Shown here one piece after another: positions 1 to 13,930 of a stretch of 64,000 nt of DNA. This DNA is from Bugula neritina (taxonomy: Eukaryota > Animalia > Bryozoa): positions 14,498,722 to 14,562,721 of the forward strand of contig OZ037766.1 in NCBI GenBank assembly GCA_964035545.1, given 5' to 3'. The translations under genes were made by a program, and so were the position numbers. The number at the start of each line of letters is the position of its first letter. Within the stretch, counting starts at the first letter, position 1. Under the pieces are notes generated by a model, which made no database searches, was not told the DNA's origin, and was given only the letters and a program-made list of their open reading frames with translations.

Positions 1-1889
1 TGTGTCCAAATATATAACATTTATAGTATATACAGTGTAAAATGAAACTGTTTGGTTTACGTTAGTGAGTGAAACCTGATAAATCTTGAGCTATACAAAC
101 CCAATCTTAGAAAGCATAACCAGTACAATTTGATATTCTGAGTAAATGCAGCAAAACCCAGTGTCAAAACCTGGTAATCATACAATGAATTTTTTCTCTA
201 TCAACTATCAAAATAGATTACGAAATTACTAACCTAACCATAAATATAAAGTTAAGCGGAGCCAAGGTATACATAGAAGTTTTAATTGAAAGGTAATTGA
301 TGGAATCTAAATTAGCAAGAACTAGTGAATATTCGTGAAGTAACATTCATTAAAATAAAGCAACAGATGCCCAGGGTTGATTTTAGTGCAATCCAACAAA
401 ATTGAATAATTTAAACAGGCTGACTCAAATGATTATTCAACCGAAATCCATTTGACCTTTGAGATTGTAAATCATTTCATGGTCAGCCAGTCTACACAAA
501 AGCCAGGGAAAATTTCAGCCAACATCAACTGTCTCTGCTACACAAATATGCAGTAGGATTTCATGACACAGAACAGATAGCCAAGTTGGCAGCCGTAGTA
601 AAAAGGATAAAGTTAGGGTTAAAGTACAATGCAATGATACAATATATAGCATAATACAATATATACGTAATGTAATATAACTTCTATACATCACAAAATA
701 GGAAATTATCAACTGACCTGTAAAAATTTATCTGTCATCTGTATTAGTTCTGCACCATTAACTGACCGTTTCCTAAAGTGATCCAACAATCCATAGAGCT
801 GCTTGGAGCTCAGCCACTCGACAACCTCTTCTGGTGTCCATTCGCAAACAAGCTGATCAACAATAACGTAACAATACAATATTGGGGCAATGAATCTGTT
901 ATCAAGAGCTCAAATAACCAGCTAACTATTTGCAAGGTGAAAACTAGCATATGGCAATTTTTTTAATTTATAAAGGCTGCTAATAGGACTCTAAAAGAAA
1001 TACCATCTAACCAACTTAACCAGTGTTAATTATATATGCAGGGATCTATGCAGGTAGAATTGCCCTTCTCCTGGCTCCTAGAAGCTGCGAAACCAACCTC
1101 ACATAGTGGCATCTTAAATACCCCTAATCCTCATGTAATAACTATTAACCACAACAGCAAAGCTGATCAATCATAGATCTTTGTGATGGATGGTATTAAA
1201 GAGCTTTGAAATGATTCCCACAAACTATTAACTGAAGCTCAATGCGTTGGTCCATGATTGATGAAATATTAGCCGATCAGCTGGTTCGAATTAATAGCTT
1301 GATGGAAAAATCTATACAAAACTTGATCAGTACTCAGTCACTGTGTAACAATTATGCTGACCCTTAAACAAATGCTAATTTAATCAGTACAACAATGTGA
1401 CTGTGAAAGATCAGGGGCACAATAGCAAAAAGAATACGTACTGAAAGCAGTAAAAATAACTGGAATTTAATGATTACTAATGTTTCGAACTATTCATCTG
1501 TGATCATTCACTCTTACAACAATGCCTACAGGACAATAGCCTCTGTTTGAAACTAAATACAGAGAACAGTTTTCTGTTGACTTTAGAAATATTCATGCAG
1601 AAGTGATCATTTAATAATGTTGTTATATTGTCACTACTTTACATATTACACTGCGAGTGAGGAACCTTAGCATCACTCTATCATCCTCACTGCAAGGGTT
1701 GCATCTCACTAGAGATAGGAACATATCTTACAGGTCCAGAGCACTTGGTTACCTTCAAACCACAACCTAGCTACATCTACACATCACACATGCTATACAT
1801 TTCTTCCTACACACAGTCACACTGCATCAGCCACACTCACATCACCCGAGTTGATTACAGTTCAAACATGTGTGTGTTGCAAAAAGCAT

Positions 1890-2200
1890 TCAGGTGGAGT
1901 TTAAAATGTAGGCAGATGCCTGCACTGAGTGGTTCTGATGTTCCAGGGTTTGCAAAAAAACTACTCCACACTGAATAAGCTTTGCTACACAACTTATTTT
2001 CTCTAAGCCATGTACCTTAGTCTTGGTAGCTCTCTTGGGAAGGTAAGAGGCTCCAGTATGGTAGAGTGGAGGTAGCATGTCTATTCCAGCCATATGCTGT
2101 TTACCTGCTCTGCCAGTTTGTTCTCCGGGAAGGGGATCACCCAGCTTGGTCGGTGAACTTGACTTGTACTGATGATTATCAGAATCGCAGATGATGTTCT
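1890..2200 (-). mobile_element. Decayed LTR-retrotransposon (BEL/Pao-like) integrase remnant
   Basis: ORF 1890..2339(-) contains GRAGKQHMAG..PPLYHTGASY..KRATKTKVHGL, which resembles the BEL/Pao integrase N-terminal pattern (G.Q.MA.LP...PPF..TGVDY.GP..VK....K.YG). Heavily degenerate; no LTRs identified. Confidence 0.35.
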
Positions 2201-3844
2201 CTACCTTCCTCCCCAAATTAACTAGACGAGAATCAAAATTTTGTACATCTAAACTACAACTCTCTGTGTAAATTTGCTTATACATATAAATGTGAACTCG
2301 GAAAACGGAAACAGACTTAAATTTTATAGGTACACTCAAGCAAATTAGCTTTTAGATTCAACAGCTTGCAAGACAGGTGAGTAGAAAAATTCAGATGTAC
2401 TACCTACCTTCAAACTTCATTGTATAAACTCATTTTATGCAATAAGCTGTGCAAGTAACTGACAAAATATGCTTCTGTGTCTCTGTTATATAGACGTAGG
2501 TAAAATTAGCTCCCGGTAGATAGAAAAATTGAGAATGGGTCAATACTCCGAGAACCTCTGAATATGATAGCGATACCTGTGCAACAGTAAGATTAATTGT
2601 TATTGTCAGGTTATTGGCACCCATTTCTTTTGTGTTCACCAGCATTAAATTACAGATCAACAAAGATTATCTTGAAATGTACAACTTTGAAACATAGGGG
2701 CTGGCTTATAGTTGCCCATTAATAACCTATTACAAGCTGTGAAGTTACTAAAACTGGTGAGCGGTGACAAATTTTTACCTGTGTCTAACTATTTGCTTTA
2801 CAAATAAAGTTACATACAGAGTATAATCACTGCTCTATGCAATTAACAATGGAGAGTTGAACAAAGCTGCTTACTTTTGTAAGTCTATATTATGTTCAAA
2901 TAGGCAGCACTTCAATTCAAGGCTGGGTCTACCATTTACATTATTTACTAAGACGCTAAAGCTAACTGGCACAGACTCTGCGCAAACCCAATGTAAAATG
3001 TAAATACTAATAAAGAACATTCACCATAACATGGTGCTATATGACAAATAATAATGAGCTTCGGCCAAATTTTAGAAATAATTCATTGGTAAAGTTAGTT
3101 TCATTTTATTTGAAGGCAAACTAAGAAGTGTAATGAAATTAAAAATAATTTCTTCAAGTTAATACAATTAAAAATGATTATCACCACTTAATATCAATAT
3201 TTTACCAAGTACTAGTAGGCTACAAACTGAAATATTTTAATAGATCTAACCTGTACAATGTCCAACAATTTCAACATTTATCGTATCAACACTGAATTTT
3301 TAATAAAAAAATGATGGTGGCCAAAAATGGCTGCTATAAAAATCAAAGCTGCAACAACTTTGCACAGTAAGTAGGGGTCAGTATAGTTAACACTAGAACA
3401 ATACCATGAAAAGCTACCTATTCCAATAGGGTATGTGACAGAAATCTAATTTTGAATAAAATGTTATCATGATATTCATGACAGGCAAAGTTTTGTGGCA
3501 ATAATTTAATAAGGAGTTAAGCCTAATCACGATATATTGGAATTTCGATCAGCATTTGGCTTGTCAGCTCCAAGATAAATGCGAAATGGTAGCCAAGCAG
3601 GCTGAGCAGAGTTTAGCATTAAATCACTTCCCAGGGCAATGAGCCAAGCAATGCAAGTACTTGAGAAGAGCAATAAAGGGAACATTGAAGATAACTGAAA
3701 ATTGTATTATGTGGAGGGCTTAAAACATTGGCTTGTGAAGTAAATAGGTAATGTTGAAGTAATTGCAAATGATAAGCTGATGATAAAGTCGTCAATGGGC
3801 AGAACCTGGGCTACCATCAGTTTAGTAATCAGTGATTCATACTT

Positions 3845-3970
3845 ACACATATATATAATATACACATATATAATACACATACATAATAAACACATATATA
3901 ATATACACATATATAATATCCACACATATAATATACATACAATACATATAATATACACATCTATAATAGA
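3845..3970. repeat. Degenerate AC/AT microsatellite (ACATATATAAT-like)
   Basis: Tandem low-complexity units are directly visible; the source of spurious ORFs 3707..3994 and 3780..4046. Confidence 0.9.
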
Positions 3971-4204
3971 CATGTACAGACTTATGTATTGCAATGTAAT
4001 TATATTAGTTGTAGGACATTTAGGTAGAAAGTTTCCTTTTTCTTAAGTCCTAATATAAATTAGATCATGATACAAACTATAATTAAAATAGATTAAATTA
4101 ATAAAGTCAAGTGTGATAAAATAAAATAATTAAGTAAGACATATTTAGCCCTAAACTAATAGCTAGATAGACGAATTAAAAGCAAAAGCACTTACTAGCT
4201 AACA

Positions 4205-4450
4205 TGATGTAATACAATATATATTACAAAATTTAATATAATATGACGCAATATAATATAACATATTGTAATATAATATGATGTAATATAATATGATGTA
4301 ATATAATATGATGTAATATAATATGATGTAATATAATATATTGTAATATAATATGATGTAATATAATATGATGTAATATAATATGATGTAATATAATATG
4401 ATGTAATATAATATGATGTAATATAATATAAATGTAACATAATAACTATA
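4205..4450. repeat. 15-bp tandem repeat (ATAATATGATGTAAT)n
   Basis: About 11 near-perfect copies at 4270-4430 with degenerate flanks; produces spurious YYITS/YYIIL ORFs. Confidence 0.95.
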
Positions 4451-5589
4451 ACACATGTCTGTTCTAATGCACCAGTAAGAATATCATTAATATAATGTAA
4501 AATATGATTGTAATAGTATAATACAGCTTAGAAACTACAGGAGCTACAACCAATTTCATTCCTTTCTGCCACCAACAGCTACAGATGCAGCCAAAATTAA
4601 TTTCATAACCAGTGAGGCTGCAATCAGCTGTTTCTAACACAATTTATCTACTATTATATTAGTTACTACTAACAACTATTACCATCACAGCAGTCTATTC
4701 TCATTTCCTAGTGCTGCTGTTACTACTACTGAAAGTGATTCTACTACTGTAACATTTTGTATAATCAATTATTACTATTACTGCTAGTTTTACTACTTCA
4801 ACACTACTGTAAGACAGGAATGTTTGGTCTACTTCTACCTAAATAGTGGGTCAGTCAATTAGAGTTCATAGCACTTGCTTGAACTATGCATGAGCCAACT
4901 TACTACATCTATGATCAATAGGAAAATGTGGATAACAGACACAGTTTGCCAGTAATTTAATCTATCTGTAAAATACTTTTCATGTTTTACTATGGCAGAG
5001 CAAAATTATCAATTACTAAAACTTGCACTTTTAATTCTACCCATGAGTTAGGGATGGTGAAAATGACATTACTAGCAACGAAAATGATTGAACAAATTTA
5101 TCTCAAACTTTATTGGGCATATTTTAAGAGAACCAGGCAACTACTTCAGTTGATGGTTTCAGTTGAAGAGTATTTTCATGAGCAAATGCTATCAGCCCAT
5201 TTGGCACCAATAAGAAATAAGTTAGTTTACTTTTCTTCCCAGTTGAATAAATTGAAAAGGTAATCGATTATTAGAGAGACAGGCAAGCTCTGAAGCCCTC
5301 GATTACTTATTGATCATTTAGCTAACAATAGTAGACATTCTACAGCTAGTTTCTCATTGATGACCAACTTTGCATCTAAATATTAGGCTTGCCTCATGTT
5401 ACATAAACTTATTGTATAATATTGGTTTTACACTGTCAAATGCTGGTCACGCAGTCATGAAATTAATGTAGATTTCTTCTGCCCATTGTACTCTAAAACT
5501 TGTCTAAACAAGATGATTAATTTACTTATTTATTTAAAAAATATCAATCAAAAATATGAATAGTATTCTTTGTACCAGTAGACATAGTT

Positions 5590-5935
5590 AATTTAGACTT
5601 GGCTAAACTTTGTACAGTGATTACACTGGCCTGGGACAACATTGGATTACTCAAAGTCTAACCTATAATCAGTATTGCCATTGCATACAGCAATCTATTT
5701 GATGATTACACAGCACATCTCCAAATCCATTCAGCCTATACAATGAAACTTCTACGGCTAAAGCCTGCAGACTGCGCATTGTAAATGCCATAGCCAGTTG
5801 CATTGTATAATACAAAGAAAATGGATGCTAACCGCAAGAATGTGCAGCCCTTTTTTGTAACCTGTATTGGGTTATAATTACCTAAAGCTGTGTGAACAAC
5901 ATACTGCTTCACTCTATTGATTACGAAGATCATTA
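5590..5935 (-). mobile_element. Ancient non-LTR retrotransposon reverse-transcriptase remnant
   Basis: The minus strand reads AQSAGFSRRS (like the RT Q.GFR..RS motif) and, downstream, LSQASVIT (like GLPQGSVISP). Very degenerate. Confidence 0.3.
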
Positions 5936-7365
5936 TTACAAACTAAAGATCACGGTTGCACACTCCGACTGCATATTCTATGCCCTGAAGTATATTATAC
6001 TGGGTAATTTATCAGCCTGTGTAACTAATATAGGCAAGTAAGAACGAATCTAGTATCACATAATCAAAGAGTGTACTAGCTAATAACATTACAGCAGCAC
6101 TGAAGGAAATATAAAAAGCAATTTACATTATGGCAACAGCCTGGCCAAGGATTGACACTGTTTTAACTAAGTGATGGTGCACAGCTAATATAACTTGAAC
6201 TAAACTCAACCCCATGACTATACCAATAAATCAACCTAAAAGAACCATTACGATTGCAACTGATACTCCACTATAACATGTACTCCAAAATATAATATTG
6301 CTAGCCAAAGTAGGTGTAGCAAAGGTAGATAAGAGTTAATATACACATGGCTAGTAGAGCAAAAACCGCAATGGATAAAACTACCCTTATCTAAGAATTT
6401 TAGGCCACCAGCCACGCCATGCCTGAACAAACTCCTATAAGCAGGGGCGTATCAAGAACATTGTCACAAGCTAAGCTGTTTTACAGCAGCTTCTGTGACT
6501 TGTAAAGCGTTACACTTTACAAATAAGAGTAGTCAAACAATAACTGGAAATTGGAATGTTTCTGCTGTTTAAAAAGTTCAATGAAAATTGCTGTTTTCTC
6601 CTACATAAACAACGGAGTATGTAATAATTAAATGATTTGTAGTGAAAATCACTAGTACAAAGAATTTCACAAATTTCTATGTGCCTTGACTCAGATGATT
6701 CAACGTTTTATTTCTCAAACTTAGTAACAGAAGAAACAATTTTACGACCACCAACTAAGAACTGATAGAAATGAAAAGATTCAGGAGGCAAAACCAGTTA
6801 GGAAGGCTAAAATTTGATAGCAGGATAAAATATTTAAAGATAGTCAACAGTTGAAATATACAGATGACTCTGCTTTTGAGGGAACTAGAGAGAAAGATAG
6901 CAGACAGAAAAGTATATAATTGTTGCATAGTTTGTAACCCTCTTAACCAATTGTCATAGCAACCATATTTTGACAGATAATAAAAGACAAAGTAGCAGAC
7001 AGACGGTCATTCCAAATATCAATCAGTCATAATAACAGGACATTTAACTTGCAGAATTACAGGCTTGGTTATTATTTTATTAATGATTGTAGCATTAAAG
7101 GTTTTTGTACAGCTCTAGCTCTACCTGCCATAGAGTACATCATTATAATAAAAGGAAATCTATTCTATAAGATTGTCTGCACTTTAGAGCTACGTAGTTT
7201 CCGTAACAGAAGTAGTTTGTTTCAGTATTTTCTAAAATTGTTACATAAAAATGTGCCTATTAACTGTGAAGCTAGTATTCTTTGAGAGTTATCTAAGGCA
7301 GTATGTTTAGCTCCAGTGAAATATTTAAGCATATTTAAATCTCAATTTATATTTAATTTATAGTA

Positions 7366-7495
7366 TCAGCAATGGTCAGAGTACTGGTCTAGCAAGACAT
7401 AATGTGCAAGGTCATGGGGTCAACTCTCAGCTGGGCCATTGGTGATGTCAGCAAGAGAATCTGGTCAGAATTGTCCCTGTACCACACTGCACTTA
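7366..7495 (+). mobile_element. tRNA-derived SINE copy (degenerate)
   Basis: Reverse-complement match to the copies at 10640-10975 and 61975-62108: tRNA-like head (GGTCATGGGGTCAACTC, B-box-like) followed by GGCCATTGGTGATGTCAGCAAGAGAATCTGGTCAGAATTG. Confidence 0.65.
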
Positions 7496-8539
7496 AACTA
7501 GGTTACTTGTATGAGACAAGACACAGCCTTAGAAAGACTTTACCATTAGGGATTCTCACAGAGATTGCAACTTCAAACAAACCAAGTGTTTGCTAATACT
7601 TAGTTTGCTGAGCTATTATTACTTGAATATTTCTATACTAAGCTTTAAATGTCTCTTTTTTAAAATTGAAGTGGCAAAAACTGCTGCGTTTATTAAACTG
7701 AAATTAAAATGACTAGGCAATTATATAGTCAGTTATTTGTATCAATGAATGTTTATAATTTCTTTCTACTTTTTTACTTTAGTATTCAGTCACTTAAAAA
7801 TTGAAATCTCAACCGTTAATATAAATAGTGACAAAGCCCATCAGTATAATATTCATATTAACTATTGTTAATTAAAAGAGCTATTACAAAGGCTTATATT
7901 AGGGAGCACATGCTAGACCAGCTGATTGCTAAAATCACTTACTTTAACTGACAGCCCAGGAAATACCATTTTATACAGAGATAGAACAGACCAAATTACT
8001 TCTGCAGGAAGACAATTACTCTAAACTGAGATCAATCTTACCATCCCTCTTGGCCCAAGTTATATCTTGATTATTAACTTCCAAAGACAGAATTTGAAAT
8101 ACAAGACAGTATCCCTTATTAGTTCTACAGGCAAATGTGCCCAAAAGGAAAATATGAATTACTTGTGAAAAAATAGCCCAAGTTCTATTAAAAAATTATG
8201 GTTCACTTATTCATTGAATAAAACCTGTATTTTTTCATGCAAAATGTGATATGAACACAATTCTGGTTTAATAAAGGCTTGCAACATTAGTTCACAGTTT
8301 TTATAATTGATACAGTGACAGAAATTTCAAAAGCCAAGTTTTTCAACTATCTAGAATTTTCAGTTTGGGGTGTAGTGATTAATTTTGCTAGACCATACTG
8401 TTTCGAATTTCAACATTACTGCAACTGCTGCCAATTTTAAGACTTTGCTGATTAAACTACAGTAACTGTTAAAGTTATTTCACTTCACCTATGTTGATAT
8501 GTATCATACTCACTTTTTATTTTTTGAATCGATGCATTC

Positions 8540-9422
8540 AAGATCGCAAAGATTAAATTTAGAATTGTTGAAACTATTAGTTATAGTAATAGTCTATCTA
8601 TTATTAGTACATATAGTCATAGGTTCACTAGGTCAGGAGTTTGAACGTCATAATGATAATTATTACTTGCTAAAACAATCTAACAGCAATACTACATAAA
8701 TTTTTAAAATTCAATTTTGATTTAATTTCCACTATAGATTTGACCTTAGGTTTATACTACTAGTAAGATTATTACTACAAGAACAAGTATTAGAGTAAAA
8801 ATTGGTACAAATTTGAAGGCAAGAAAAACAACAGGCTAACTCTAAGTACATTTATTGCTTATCTCTTACTTTGTATAGGTTAATTATTAAGTATAATAGT
8901 ACAAGTATAAATATTGAATTTGATTACTGTCACAGTGCATATTGATTTTTATATTGTCATTATTTGATGAACAATTCACATATATATTAATCCTAATATT
9001 CAATTTCATATTCACTGATATTGATATTTTCTAAAATATTGTTTTTAACATTCAATTTAAGTTATACTCCTGTAGTCATAAAATTAATTTGTCTAAATGA
9101 TAAATAATAGTCGAAGTCATAGTATCATGAAACTGAGTATCAGTATCAGTATGAGCATGGGCAGGTCTCAGCCTATTCTAGTCATATTCATATCCTAATT
9201 CATAATAATATTGAAACTCAAAATCATGTTTATTATCATTATGATAATCATAATCACAATGATATTCATATTGATATCAGTTATTGCTTATTAATTTAGC
9301 ATTACTATTAGTATTAGCATTACTTAGTATGCCTAATGGTATTACTATTGGACTTGGTGTAACTGTAAGTATCACTAGAAGTATTGCAATTACCAGCAAA
9401 ATCATTGCTAGTGAATTACTTC

Positions 9423-9454
<32 letters not shown>

Positions 9455-9526
9455 CTAGTACTAGAACTCTACAAGAAATAGAAGTAGAACTAGTACTAGA
9501 ACTAGCTTGGTTTTTGGAAGCAGTGC

Positions 9527-9557
<31 letters not shown>

Positions 9558-10020
9558 CGTACTAGTAGTACTAGTACTCAAGTAGTAGTAGTAGTAGTAG
9601 TAGTACTAGATGTAATACTATAACTATTACCATTACTTATGGTAATACTGATAATAGTAATATTAATAGAGTAATACTAATACTAATACTAATAGTAATA
9701 GACTAATAGTAATCACATTATGATTAAACTTAAAGTCAATGATGAACTTATTCATAATGATAATCCATCATCACAGCCATAGGGCTAGCCGCTAGGCGTT
9801 ACACTTACTGTCACTTAGAATTAGTTAGTACTACTGTGGGTGTTGCTGTTAGGACTTCTAGTAATACTACTACGTCTACTGTACTACTAGTACTACGTCT
9901 AATAGTAGGCCTACTACTACTAGTACTAGGAGTACTAGGAGTAGGACTAGGAGTAGGTTCAGGTTGCTCAAGAGCAAATTAGCAACTTTCATTCTAAACC
10001 AATGCAACAACAGTAAGTGT
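8540..10020. repeat. Drifting period-3/6 low-complexity tract (TAG/TAC/TAA, AGTATC/AGTATG, AATCAT units)
   Basis: For example gtaact gtaagt atcact agaagt attgca attacc; agtatc agtatc agtatg agcatg; (TAG)n at 9420-9610 and (TAC)n at 9860-9920. Boundaries are approximate. Confidence 0.85.
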
Positions 10021-10639
10021 AAGACTAATATCCCAATTACAGTTATTATGAGTACCTGTATGCAAGCAGATCCTGTAGGCCTATCAATGTGAATCTCAAA
10101 GTCTCACTATTCAAGCTTCACAAAAACTGAGCACTACATATTGATATTGCTATTCATTCTGCTTGAGTGACTGCATAAATATTCAACTGATGCTTGCATC
10201 TCATTGGTTAATTTTTTATGACCTTGATTTTAAAGGAAATGCATTATGCCCAGAGAAGATGACTTCACAAAAATTCCAAACCCGCAAGTTTAGCCATAAC
10301 ATTTTGTTTAAATTACTTGACAGATCGATCGGGATTTATTACACTATACTTGCAGGTAATATATCATGATGTTTTTATGAGACTTTTTATTTTTAGCCCA
10401 ATAAATTTTATATGAGCATTTTTAAATAACATCTGTATGCATTTACATTTTATTGCAGACTATATAAAAAGACAAACCTAATAAAGCAATACTAACCGTT
10501 AGTGGTCCGTTACACATCTAAATATTTATCAATTCAAGTAATTAGCAAAGTCACTTAACCTTAGGGGTCAAAACTGTTGGTCAGTAAAAAATGTATAGAT
10601 TTAAACCCACACAATTTTATAGTTGCCATCCTTGCGAGA

Positions 10640-10750
10640 GACCCAGGAGCAATTATATGGCTTAATGCCTTTCTTAACATTACCAATGGCCTTTGTCCAT
10701 GATTTCGTGCTTTCTAGGCAAACGCTCTAACCCCTAGATCATGGCTTATA
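10640..10750 (-). mobile_element. tRNA-derived SINE copy
   Basis: GGAGCAATTATATGGCTTAATGCCTTTCTTAACATTACCAATGGCCTTT...CTCTAACCCCTAGATCATGGCT matches the copies at 10855 and 61975. Confidence 0.7.
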
Positions 10751-10854
10751 TATGTTCTCATTAATAAAACTCACACTAGTGTACAGTCACTCTCCCTATG
10801 AAAAAGCTCTGATGGAAAGAGTTTTTTAAAGCGCAGGCTTTAAGGACTCATTCA

Positions 10855-10975
10855 GATGTGGCACAGAAGCAATTATGACTGGATGCTCTTCCTAACATCA
10901 CCAATGGCCTTTTTTTACCTCTGACCTTAGGTTTATTAAGCCAACACTCTAACCCGTAGACCATGGCTGCTTCCT
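10855..10975 (-). mobile_element. tRNA-derived SINE copy
   Basis: GCAATTATGACTGGATGCTCTTCCTAACATCACCAATGGCCTTT...CTCTAACCCGTAGACCATGGCTGC. The minus strand begins with an A-box-like GCAGCCATGGTCTACGGGTTAGAG. Confidence 0.75.
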
Positions 10976-12139
10976 TTTTTTCTATTAATGTCATATGGAA
11001 ATATTAGTTTTCTTCTGCATATGCAAGTAAGAACAGTCATGCTAGTTAGCAATTAAGAAAAAAAATGTGAATAATTGTAAATTAACATACTTAAATAGCA
11101 GCAAAATAAGCCACTTTACACTGAATATAGAATTATTTTTTATGTGTGTACAACGGAAAATTCTAAGTATCAGATTTACACAAACTCTGTGCAAGTAAAA
11201 TCACATGTTTTACATAATTTGGAAACGCACTCTATTTTAACCTTAGATAGGTATGTGTTTGCACTTGATCAGTTGATTTGAAGTGCTCTGGTTATAAATG
11301 ATGACTAGCTTCTCAGCTTTCTAAAAGTAATGCTTTCAGAAAATTAATTTCAATACTTTTCATTAGACTATAATAAACTGTGGTTGCTTCTTATATAACT
11401 AAAATTTGAATGTGCTTCCCAGTCAAAATTTTAACACTATAACATTCTCTAATTTACCTGAAATTCAAATTATTTAGAAAAAACTGAGTGTTTTGAATTG
11501 GCAATTTGGGAAAATATGAGAAAATTGTGCAAAATAGTATTCAGCCTTATAACAAGCTATATGATGTATAAAATGCAATAAATATTTTCTGAGATGCCTG
11601 AATTGGTTATTTTACTTAAATTCAAAATTCTGTGCTGAATGCTGATACTGATGAATTTAAAAACTAAAAATACTGTTTCTCACCAAGAACATTAGACACG
11701 TAATCGATAGAATAATTATTTTTCAAAGATATTACATGAATGTATCTTAAAAACACATGCGCTGTCACCTGCAGACCCTATGTTTTAGGTGTTGATAATG
11801 TTGAAAAGAGTACATCTTTGGGCGCTTTAAAGTTATAGAAAAGACAACTCCATTTTTTAAAATATTGACCCTTATGTGGTCAACTGGGCTGATGAAACAT
11901 TTGAGACTTTTTCAATCTGCTCGAAACCCAAATTTGGGTTGTAATTAATAAAAGATAATTAAGACTATCTCAGTTATTGGCTATCTCTGTTACAAAACAC
12001 TTTCAGAACTCATCTTATAATTATTACGTTGTAAAAAATCAATTGCCGGAAAAAACCTACCGGATTTCTGGCGATTTGAATATTTTCATTAATACTCTTG
12101 CAGTCCTCATAATTAGAAAATTCATTGCACTACTCCAGT

Positions 12140-13930
12140 TTTAGAGTGAGAGTGATAATAAAAATGATATAATAATTATAAATCAGTTTATGCTTTTGTT
12201 AACGCTAATTTCCATTTAATATAGAAGTCAATTATTTTTGCTTTCAGTTTAACTCTTAGTATTACCAAGTCTAGTATTAATAATTATAACATTAACAGTA
12301 TCACCTTTCGACTTGGTTTGAAATTAATTTGTTATACTTATAGTTATTGTATTTGTAAAACTATAAGTAAATGTAATACTAATACTAATACTAATAGTAA
12401 TGCTATTTCAGTATTACTAATAGAAATACTAATAGTAAAATTATTACTAGTAGTAGTACTAATACTAATAGTAGTAATACTAATACTGTAATACTAATAG
12501 TAATACAAATAGTAATACTAATAGTAATAGTAATAGTAATACTGTAAGTGTAAGTGTAATAGTAATGCTATTAATATTAGACTAATACTATTACTATTAG
12601 TATTGCTATTAATGTTTATTATTACCCATTAGTATTATTAATACTAAGTCTAATACTAATAGTAATACTAATACTAATTGAGTAATACTAATAGTAATAC
12701 TAATAGTAATACTAATAGTAATACTGTAAGTGTAATAGTAATGCTATTAATATTAGACTAATACTATTACTATTATTATTACTATTAATGTTTATTATTA
12801 CCCATTAGTATTATTAATACTAAGTCTAGTAGTAATAGAGTAATACTAATTCTGTAATTCAGTAATTGAGAAATACTAATACTAATAGTAATACTATTAG
12901 TATTACTAGTACAAGTAGTAGTACTACTATTAGTATTAGTGTTACTGTTAGACTATCACGTAATAGTAATACTAATAGTAGTACTACTACTAGTACTAGT
13001 AATACTAATACTGTAATAGTAATGCTAATAGTAATACTAATGCTAATAGTAATGCTATTTCAGTATTACTAATAGGAATACTAATAGTAAAATTATTACT
13101 AGTAGTAGTACTAATACTAATAGTAGTAATACTAATACTGTAATAGTAATACTAATAGTAATAGTAATACTAATAGTAATACTGTAAGTGTAATAGTAAT
13201 GCTATCAATATTAGACTAATACTATTACTATTAGTATTACTATTAATGTTTATTATTACCCATTAGTCTTACTAATAGTAAGTCTAATAGTAATACTAAT
13301 AGAGTAATACTAATTCTGTAATTCAGTAATTGAGAAATACTTATACTAATACTAATACTAATAGTAATACTAATAGTAATAATAATATTTAGTGGCTTTA
13401 TAATAACATTTACTTTTACTTTTAGTTTTACATTATGATTAATTTTAGCTTTAGGGTTACGATTAATTGTTTCATTTAGTTTTACTATAAGTATAAGATA
13501 GAGTAGAACATTCGATAAATTAGTGAATTACTGCTATATTGATATTGATAACAATATTCTGTTAATGCTTTGCAATTGCTGTTCTTTTGTCTCTTAAATT
13601 TATAGTGTTAATTTGAATTTCATTCAAGATTCGAATCAAATGACAATCTCAATCTGAATCACTAGGACTATGGCAGTATGATTATCTGTATCAGTATTGG
13701 TATTAGTAGAAGTATTAGTATTAATATGAAAACCAGCATGAGTATTAGTGTTATTTATAATATGACGTATACTGATAACTATTATTAATTTATTTCTTAC
13801 TTTAGAACTAAAAATAGAACCACAATGATGCTCATGATGACAATATGTTTAATTTTATAATAGTAATTGTAAAATTGAATCTTAAGCCTAAGGGTGTTGC
13901 AGCTCTAAGCTAAACTCAGTAATTTAGTAA
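12140..13930. repeat. Drifting period-3/6 tract upstream of NDUFA6, with a (TAA/TAG/TAC) core carrying higher-order duplications
   Basis: Core 12370-13390 of TAATAG/TAATAC units; sub-blocks are duplicated at ~12402/~13054 and ~12548/~12724/~13182; flanks are degenerate hexamers. Confidence 0.9.

Noticed and set aside
3707-4456. ORFs with YYITS/YYIIL/IHIYN repeats
   Set aside because: Translations of microsatellites; no splice context or homology.
9420-9610. (TAG)n tracts as telomeric or interstitial telomere repeats
   Set aside because: No TTAGGG or TTAGG arrays; the units drift and occur in both orientations.
9284-13072. ORFs 9284..9481 (signal-peptide-like, poly-Val) and 12866..13072 (Thr/Ser/Asn-rich)
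   Set aside because: By-products of the period-3 tracts; other frames are full of stops and there is no exon structure.
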